Shown here piece after piece: positions 33,671 through 34,053 of a DNA stretch of 34,053 nt. Each line of letters opens with the position of its first letter. Position 1 is the stretch's first letter. The notes beneath the pieces are model-generated. The model was given only the letters and a program-made list of their open reading frames with translations, was not told the DNA's origin and ran no database searches. The stretch comes from Blastocystis sp. subtype 4 (Eukaryota): the NCBI RefSeq assembly GCF_000743755.1, contig NW_014569456.1, positions 1 to 34,053 of the forward strand, written 5' to 3'. Position numbers and translations under genes: made by a program.

Positions 33671-33678
33671 TGTTTGTT
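33671..33678 (+). terminator. TGTTTGTT polyadenylation element of the TPT-family gene
   Basis: Exact motif 4 nt after the T of the TAA at 33666. Confidence 0.85.
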
Positions 33679-33750
33679 TTGAAGTGATTATGTAAACCGG
33701 GGTTTCGGTTTCATATTTTAGGATCACATAATTGAACATTCACAGAAAGG

Positions 33751-34053
33751 ATGAGAATAGAGACGTGCTACTTCTGTTCTGGACCTATCTATCCTGGGCA
33801 TGGGACTGTGTTTGTGAGAAACGACAGTAAAGTGAGCGTTCGTGAAGAAAACTGATTGTTGCAGGTGTTCCGTTTTTGCAGATCTAAATGCCGAAAGAAT
33901 TTCAATCTGCGACGTAATCCTAGAAAGGTTCGTTGGACCAAGGCTTTCCGACGTGCCAATGGAAAGGACATTCGTGTGGTATTTACTTGATTGGACTATG
34001 ACGTATAGGACTCGACGTTTGAGTTTGAGAAGACGCGTAACCGTCCTGTGAAG
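33751..34053 (+). CDS. RLP24: Ribosome biogenesis protein RLP24 (RSL24D1), 5' part; runs off the window edge
   Basis: Spliced product [80 protein letters not shown]. The [13 protein letters not shown] segment distinguishes RLP24 from RPL24. Confidence 0.95.

Noticed and set aside
33694..33711. AAACCG-N6-CGGTTT inverted repeat upstream of RLP24
   Set aside because: Single 6-bp stem with no second occurrence noticed; compatible with chance.
1..34053. Prokaryotic operon, defence system, CRISPR array or transposon
   Set aside because: Genes are eukaryotic and spliced. I saw no repeat-spacer array, transposase, reverse transcriptase, integrase or terminal repeats.

Overview
Gene-dense eukaryotic nuclear DNA, almost certainly from a Blastocystis-type stramenopile. 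The assignment is inferred from dozens of ~30-nt GT-AG introns, intergenic gaps mostly under 200 nt, and a TGTTTGTT-like 3'-end element. The ORF track is fragmented by micro-introns. Manual splicing gives about 18 protein genes plus one tRNA-Gln(TTG): partial MECR-like reductase, RPS28, a 5-kb intronless He_PIG/Ig-repeat surface protein, WRNIP1/MgsA, an unknown membrane coiled-coil protein, a bacterial-type Zn alcohol dehydrogenase, an atypical PDI, a Prp18-like protein lacking its conserved loop, NOC1/CEBPZ, a beta-hydroxyacid dehydrogenase, CCCH-ASCC2, DHX34, a RhoGAP-like/ELMO/TLDc fusion, an SLC35A transporter, an ATAD5/Elg1-like protein with an IPT/TIG-like insert, an SDR, a TPT-family transporter and partial RLP24. 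Strongest signal: in 10 of 16 gene 3' ends a TGTTT-type element lies exactly 4 nt after an in-frame T or TA, so polyadenylation would create or complete the UAA stop. In three convergent pairs the two elements abut or overlap as one TGTTT-N(4-6)-AAACA inverted repeat. A shared TGGGATCCCCAT upstream palindrome is also present. All family calls come from motif recognition by eye; no searches were run.
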